Source: Antedon mediterranea (Eukaryota > Animalia > Echinodermata). Taken from it: a DNA stretch of 64,000 nucleotides. Positions within the stretch are counted from its first letter, which is position 1. Every line of letters begins with the position of its first letter. Position numbers and translations under genes: made by a program. The stretch covers positions 25,984,437 through 26,048,436 of the forward strand of contig NC_092672.1 of NCBI RefSeq assembly GCF_964355755.1. Direction: 5' to 3'. The notes beneath the pieces are model-generated. The model ran no database searches. It was not told where the DNA came from and saw only the letters and a list, made by a program, of their open reading frames with translations. Below are positions 61,201 to 64,000 of the stretch, one piece after another.

Positions 61201-63644
61201 CGTCTTTACAGTAAATTTCAATCTGTTATAGCTCGTCAGAATAAAACGTGATAATCATGATTAAAACGTTTTCTGGAAGCTATTGGATTGTAGATACGAA
61301 TTTATGTAAACATTTTGCCAATCGGATGTTGTGACGTCATCATATGACCAGTTAAATAAAAAAAGTCGTATTTTCATCTTTTGCGTCATAATTCATTACA
61401 TTTAAAAGAGCGCGCATCAATATTTTACGTATTTAAATTTCTTCTACACATTAATATGTTGTTGCCGAGATAATTTCCTTCCGAAATTGCTATCTTAGTA
61501 TTTCATTGTGATACCGTCGCTATGTTAAAAATTGGAATAAATGGCGGGTCCAGTCATTTCACCTATTCTACACAGTATGTAATATGTATACAGATTATAT
61601 TGTATATATAATATGACACAAAATAACAGAATTCAGCAATAACAACATATCATATTCTTCAGTTCAGGTCATATTGCCACAATCTTTTTCTGTGTGCAAT
61701 TAAGGGGATAGGTTGAGGACAAAAGGAAGTGTTCACGTTGGCATTATGACCTGAACTGTGTGAAATCACATTATCAATCATATGTCCATAATTGATTATC
61801 ACATATTTATGAAATTCACTACACGTAAATTTCAGGTCAAGGTAAAAAATATTAGCAAATAAAAACTCGCGCGTCTCAAGGTCATGCACGTGAAATCGCG
61901 CGAAAAGATTTTAAAAAGCTTAAAATTAAGTTTTGATCAATTTAGAGCATGAATTAGGCCATTTGCGTGTTTCAAAAAATTACTGCGCAAAAATACGTTT
62001 TTGCGCGCACGATTCTTAAAATGCGTAAAAAATGAAATTTGATGTATAAATCACATTCTAATCACAATTCTTAGTACATTCACCGATCTTGAGTCCATTC
62101 CGACTTAAAATAATGCTATACGAGCACGTTAAAAATGACAAAATGCGCACACTAATTTCACAAAAGTTCTGAAAATGGTGAAAAATATGTCTTTTTTAAA
62201 ATGAAAATAACTCTTCAGAATGCACGATGACCCCTAAGTTTTTTAACTTATTCGGGAAGCCATTGAGTTGTAGATATAAATGTATATATACATTAGACGT
62301 ACAAAATGGTATTACGTCATCAAATGGCCACATAAATTTAAAAATTTGGATTTTTTTCCGTTTTGTGTAGGTTATCACATTCAATAGAGCGCATCTCCGC
62401 TATTTGAGCTCGATTTTCGCACAAATTTCAGTGTGTGCTTGCTTAATTATTTATCTTTCTCATAAGTTGTCAGTGGTTTCATTTTGATGACGTCATCACG
62501 CGTAAAAACTTGAATAACGTAGGTCCTGTAATTTCACCTTCGCCGTAAATTTGAATATCTTACAGCTCTTCAGAATTAAAGGTTACCTTGATGATTATAA
62601 TTTATTATGAAAGCTGATGAAATGTAGATATGAATTCATATAAAAATTAAGCCTATCGGATGATGTGATGTTATCATATGGCCAGTTGAAGTTAAAAAGT
62701 AGTTTTTAAATTTCGTTAGTCGTAGTTAATCAAATTTCAAAGAGCGCGCATTGCGCTTCTACGTGTCAAATTCTCTTCCAATCCTTATATTTATTTGCTC
62801 AATTCATTATCTTTCGAAATTGTCATCTTCGAGTTTATTTTGATAATTCCATTATACCAAAAAATTAAAACATGATGTGGGTCCCATAATTTCACCTATG
62901 CTACACTGTATATAGATATACAGTATATACTGTACATATTGTATATGACACATAATAGGTATGTTATGCTATAAGTGTATATGCATCATGTCATAGGATG
63001 GCGTACATCAACTTTTTACGATGGTATTTTAACGTACGTGCATGTTTAAAAAATGTTAATCTCATTAAAATGATAAAAATGATCACCTATAATTCGTCAA
63101 AGTGACGAATTAAATTCTAGTTCATCTAATTATTGGTTTTATAAAAACACCTTATGTGTATGTTGTAGGCTAGGAAGGCCTTGAAAGAAATACATTGCTC
63201 AGAATAAGGGTGTAGACCCTTTACAGACTGCACACTCTGCAGGTTTTTTGTGCATTGCACATAATTCTGCAGTCTAATCGATTGTAAGGATTGATCAAAA
63301 TAATGCATGACACAATAAAAACATTTTTTATTTGGACATTATCTATATAGCAACTCTTAATAGGATAAGTTACTAGTAAGCTTTTTGCGCTATCCTGAAA
63401 AATCTACACTGTATTTCTCCGTAATGTCAGTAGTTAATGTTATCACAGTACTTTTTATAGTATTTTTTTATAATAATTTTCCAAATTAAAATTAATATTA
63501 AATACATTTTTTTTTTATTTAGAAAAAAAATGTACTGTATCTATAAAAAATTGATTTGAGAATGATATTGTATTTATTGTTTTTCACAGGTTGAATGATA
63601 TGTGGTGTGTTTCATTAAATGGAGGTGCTAAGGAATGGGAAGAG
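31265..63644 (+). CDS. LZTR1: LZTR1 (Kelch-BTB-BACK CUL3 adaptor), N-terminal Kelch exons; start exon not located, gene continues beyond window
   Basis: Exons 31265-31343 ([19 protein letters not shown]), 35214-35276 ([21 protein letters not shown]), 36209-36265 ([18 protein letters not shown]), 36688-36767 ([18 protein letters not shown]), 57521-57629 ([22 protein letters not shown]), 59210-59293 ([26 protein letters not shown]), 63590-63644 (LNDMW...WEE). Phases are consistent and the spliced peptide closely matches the human LZTR1 sequence as recalled. Confidence 0.95.
31903..35161. mobile_element. Harbinger-like MITE split by a Kolobok insertion
   Basis: TIR TACCCCTTTCACACCAAAA (31903) and TTTTGGTGTGAAAGGGGTA (35161); internal CTCCGGAG and TGGTGTGAAAGG subrepeats in both halves; TAG/TAA flanks. 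Confidence 0.8.
32165..34858. mobile_element. Non-autonomous Kolobok-type DNA transposon (2.7 kb)
   Basis: Perfect 16-bp TIR AGATGTATTGTCCCTT / AAGGGACAATACATCT; TTAA TSD (32161-32164, 34859-34862). AG...CT termini fit Kolobok rather than piggyBac (CC...GG). No transposase ORF. Confidence 0.85.
35737..36150 (-). mobile_element. 5'-truncated CR1/L2-type LINE 3' end
   Basis: HILHSLLP...HQLR...[12 protein letters not shown] resembles a CR1/L2-group ORF2 C-terminus; followed by a 3' UTR and (AAAT)n tail. Confidence 0.7.
43908..44547. mobile_element. Harbinger-like MITE
   Basis: TIR GTATGTTCAGAC..GTTACGGTGGA..GTTAT and ATAACTCCACCGTAAC..GTCTGAACATAC. Confidence 0.65.
47074..48285 (-). mobile_element. 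Non-autonomous Helitron (1.2 kb)
   Basis: Minus strand A|TCTATATATAAA...CTAG|T, no TSD; 3' hairpin CTAGATGGTACGC-GAGCGAAGCGA-GCGCACCATCTAG. Confidence 0.85.
49305..49560 (-). mobile_element. Degraded tRNA-derived SINE-like element
   Basis: Minus strand: B-box-like GTACGAATCC, body, (AAAT)n tail; core ATAGTCCTTATCC.AGA.GACT recurs at ~35619-35640. Confidence 0.5.
50073..50337 (-). repeat. 3' LTR of BEL/Pao element
   Basis: 265 bp, direct repeat of 56934-57198, preceded on the element sense strand by a PPT-like tract. Confidence 0.95.
50605..51312 (-). CDS. BEL/Pao integrase core and C-terminus (frameshifted from the upstream pol ORF)
   Basis: [59 protein letters not shown]. Confidence 0.88.
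   Translation of the reverse strand, partial: TTDRGTNLVGTRNEWQNVNEDEVKKYLVGQGCDIHFKFNFPSASHMGGIWERQIRTVRNALAPLLNIHGNQLDDECFHTLLSEVMNIVNSRPLTVNNLNDLNSMEPLTPNHILTLKHKVVVPPPGIFQNADMYCRRRWRRVQHLSNEFWCRWRKEYLSSMQSRSKWTSPKRNFKVGDVVLLKGDNVPRNIWELAKVIALHPSDDGLVRKVSVFVGRRQSVLERPVHKLVQLVPVD
51302..55093 (-). CDS. BEL/Pao zinc knuckles-protease-RT-RNase H-integrase N-terminus
   Basis: Three Cys/His knuckles (CTYC..H...C, CYGC..H....C, CKHC..H....H), protease ILDPQS, RT motifs [15 protein letters not shown] and FYVDDGL, RNase H FSDAS, TIPRLEL and NPSD, integrase HHCC and GVDLFGP. Confidence 0.92.
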   Translation of the reverse strand: MYNLMLMLTLFQVLKYLQVLSEQGLMKPIYQCLFNNQPYHGSMNQRRSINADKTSQSFATKVNVLCTYCTKDHHIDDCEGFNKLTRRDRKQYLCEHKLCYGCGMTNEHLAYQCSNAITCKHCKNKHLSSLHIFKQNDKRTVNTSLCTSVTSKSSNTSMIVPVWLRSSRCPQNEILIYCILDPQSNTCFISDSIAEKLKLEGNKTNLLLSTKHSKSSVSSRKFSHMEVVSFDRKTVIPIPTVFSRDQIPATRSQIPTPAVASKWTHLNRISSVIVPYMQNVPIAMLIGNNVPNAIRPRDIIAGGEDEPYGQLSALGWGVVGTMCQRVPEVSVSNHMVASEKDSIVSPKNRLVSQTNAKEMILIMYELDFNDDKPGQSAMSADDRKFMDIMESNVVQRTDDHYEMPLPFKIREGMPNNRNMALKRLKQLKHKLNHNSTFKNDYMNFMVDVLENCSEKVPVNELDMRNGEINYVPHHGVYHPKKKKLRVVFDCSAEYAGTSLNKRLLQGPDMINNLFGVLTRFRKEPIAIQADVKGMFHQFFVSEPDRNFLRFLWWKDGSEEIVEHRMTVHLFGAVSSPAVANFGLRKAADDGESQYGKPVADFIRNDFYVDDGLKSLPSEADAIQLIDSSTKMCAKAGLTLHKWVTNNRQVLNSIPTDLRATDWKEISLHDQLPIERALGVVWCVETDTFEFRMEFKDNPVTRRGILSTLSAVYDPFGFLAPVLIVGKLILRELCMSQLDWDDPLPDEMYHKWAKWRNDIISGIENIKVKRCFKPVDFGSVSKAEMHFFSDASEFAYAQSSYIRLINTLGQLSVSFLLGKSRIVPKTKTTTIPRLELVAAALSARMSGLITRELAYDATHYYWCDSKVVLGYIRNEARKFKVFVSNRIQQIHDHSSTSDWHYVPSASNPSDSGTRGVSIVQLTNSTWLNGPPFLHTNEPLPTAESCVETADVDISDEMRKTTCVFSTCISLDLFQKWFINLCNNFSSWTRLRRVIARCLMWKKRLMDAAKVNIKEGSMFKSISSDCTIPCVDDIQVSEKLILKHVQDQHFYDEKVLLSKLLNTNSLEDRKSDVQLKRSSFLYGLDPFLDENQLIRVGGRVKRSKFAFDVKHPLILPKRCHLTNLIISHFHEQMNHAGKVSTLNEVRQRGYWIIHGLSTVGELVHRCVICRKLRGKLSNQKMADLPIERISDAAPFTYSGVDLFGPFNIKERRSLVKRYGVLFVCLSSKAIHLESANTLETNSFINALRRFVSVRGPVRQLHYHYG
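54882..56681 (-). CDS. BEL/Pao Gag (N-terminal and capsid-like part)
   Basis: ORF from ATG 56681; [20 protein letters not shown]...LKNRYGN is typical of Pao gag; frameshifted before the zinc knuckles. Confidence 0.8.
   Translation of the reverse strand: MEDDSKFGLGGYNLRKVPAQTEKGNQYRKELAQENRDSSRNSSRSFGTSAASKSTRSMRTRSSARSSRFDIKEKLLNLEEQKVSVKVELEFAEEEMRLKHLHLDNETKLMKLQQEKELAKVDAVLSKVKQLDSKSVTSFMEYLDELPTQSTDDIQQYVDNIPEKNVERNSVDATFATQHYNTYKRPTTVSSFGQYAPIPGVVTSSIASTSYMTVPTISLPIITAPEAMTIPVPTCVFAQIPVPTMTKNANSMPVRATSSLLLPSTFVPVRVTSTISFTPSQHITVPSSFTPYSLVTSLPPQRVESQFLIPVSSQNMNFQIAPSLATTLPPQRVACQATTPVSSQNFPISSPFVQPSLFNQPQFNQPQAPVMKELIDSLRLPTVRVERFDGNPLKYPMWECAFTSLIESKAVSVNEKLNLLSQHLSGEPLAMISNYMLLQSEEGYYRARSELKNRYGNNAVISKAFLYKLESWPKIQPRDAPGLRVFSDFLNEIVVAKQKIPDLGVLDYPQENLKLIKKVPYFIENKWRNIVQSYANVDSFPSFEIFTGFVRARADEANIPMFIQQPTVPRIDEPEKKHQRRQNISIICHQSERALYVLH
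56934..57198 (-). repeat. 5' LTR of BEL/Pao element
   Basis: 265 bp, TG...CA, direct repeat of 50073-50337, two AATAAA on the element sense strand. Confidence 0.95.
58782..58921. mobile_element. Short palindromic MITE
   Basis: AGAGACGCAA...CCAATCACAA and TTGTGATTGG...TTGCGTCTCT nested inverted repeats. Confidence 0.6.
60130..63122 (+). mobile_element. Large Helentron-associated / DINE-like element with internal tandem duplication
   Basis: 5' TTTTTAGGTGATCATTT plus nearby IR AAATGATCACCTA; 3' sub-TIR AAATGATCACCTA (~63077-63089), stem-loop AATTCGTCA-AAG-TGACGAATT, end CTAGTT; internal ~1.33-kb diverged duplication. Confidence 0.75.
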
Positions 63645-64000
63645 GTAAGACTATGTATATTTATGCTGTAATCAGTGACATAACACAAGATTCTAAGGCC
63701 CTTGATTTAGCACTTCTAATCTAAGAGGCTTCTAACGCTGGTTAGTTACATGGGGCCGCTCATGCTCTGGACCCCTTAAGCTACTGTATGGGTAGCCAAC
63801 CATAGCTATACAATCAGCAGATTCAAGGCCCTCCTTGCCCATATGTCTGGTGGTACTGTAGAATAATATAGTCTAAATAAAACATCACATCAAACTTTTT
63901 AAATAAGAAGCCCTGATGCTTTGACCTGGCTTTCTTAGAGTTTACCTAGAGGCCTACAAATTATGTTTACATTGAGTTATACACATGTAAGTGGTTATAC

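Overview
AT-rich, intron-rich animal genomic DNA (invertebrate; the abundant TAGGCCTA/CTAG motifs and TE types suggest an echinoderm-like deuterostome, which is inference only). Most short ORFs in the track are exon fragments or noise. Contents: (1) two paralogous, convergent matrix metalloproteinase genes with identical intron phases and hydrophobic GPI-like C-termini (2319-6208 +, 5' exon not in view; 10488-19198 -, complete); (2) a ~9-kb intergenic block of two inverted 97-bp satellite arrays enclosing a ~194-bp satellite; (3) the Kelch-encoding 5' part of LZTR1 (31265-63644 +, continues past the window). LZTR1 introns hold a Kolobok element nested in a Harbinger-like MITE, a Helitron, a Helentron-type element, LINE/SINE fragments and a recent full-length BEL/Pao LTR retrotransposon (50073-57198 -). 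Top observation: the BEL/Pao element has no tRNA-type primer binding site. The 12 nt right after its 5' LTR are perfectly complementary to a site inside the LTR, the layout of Tf1-type self-primed reverse transcription.
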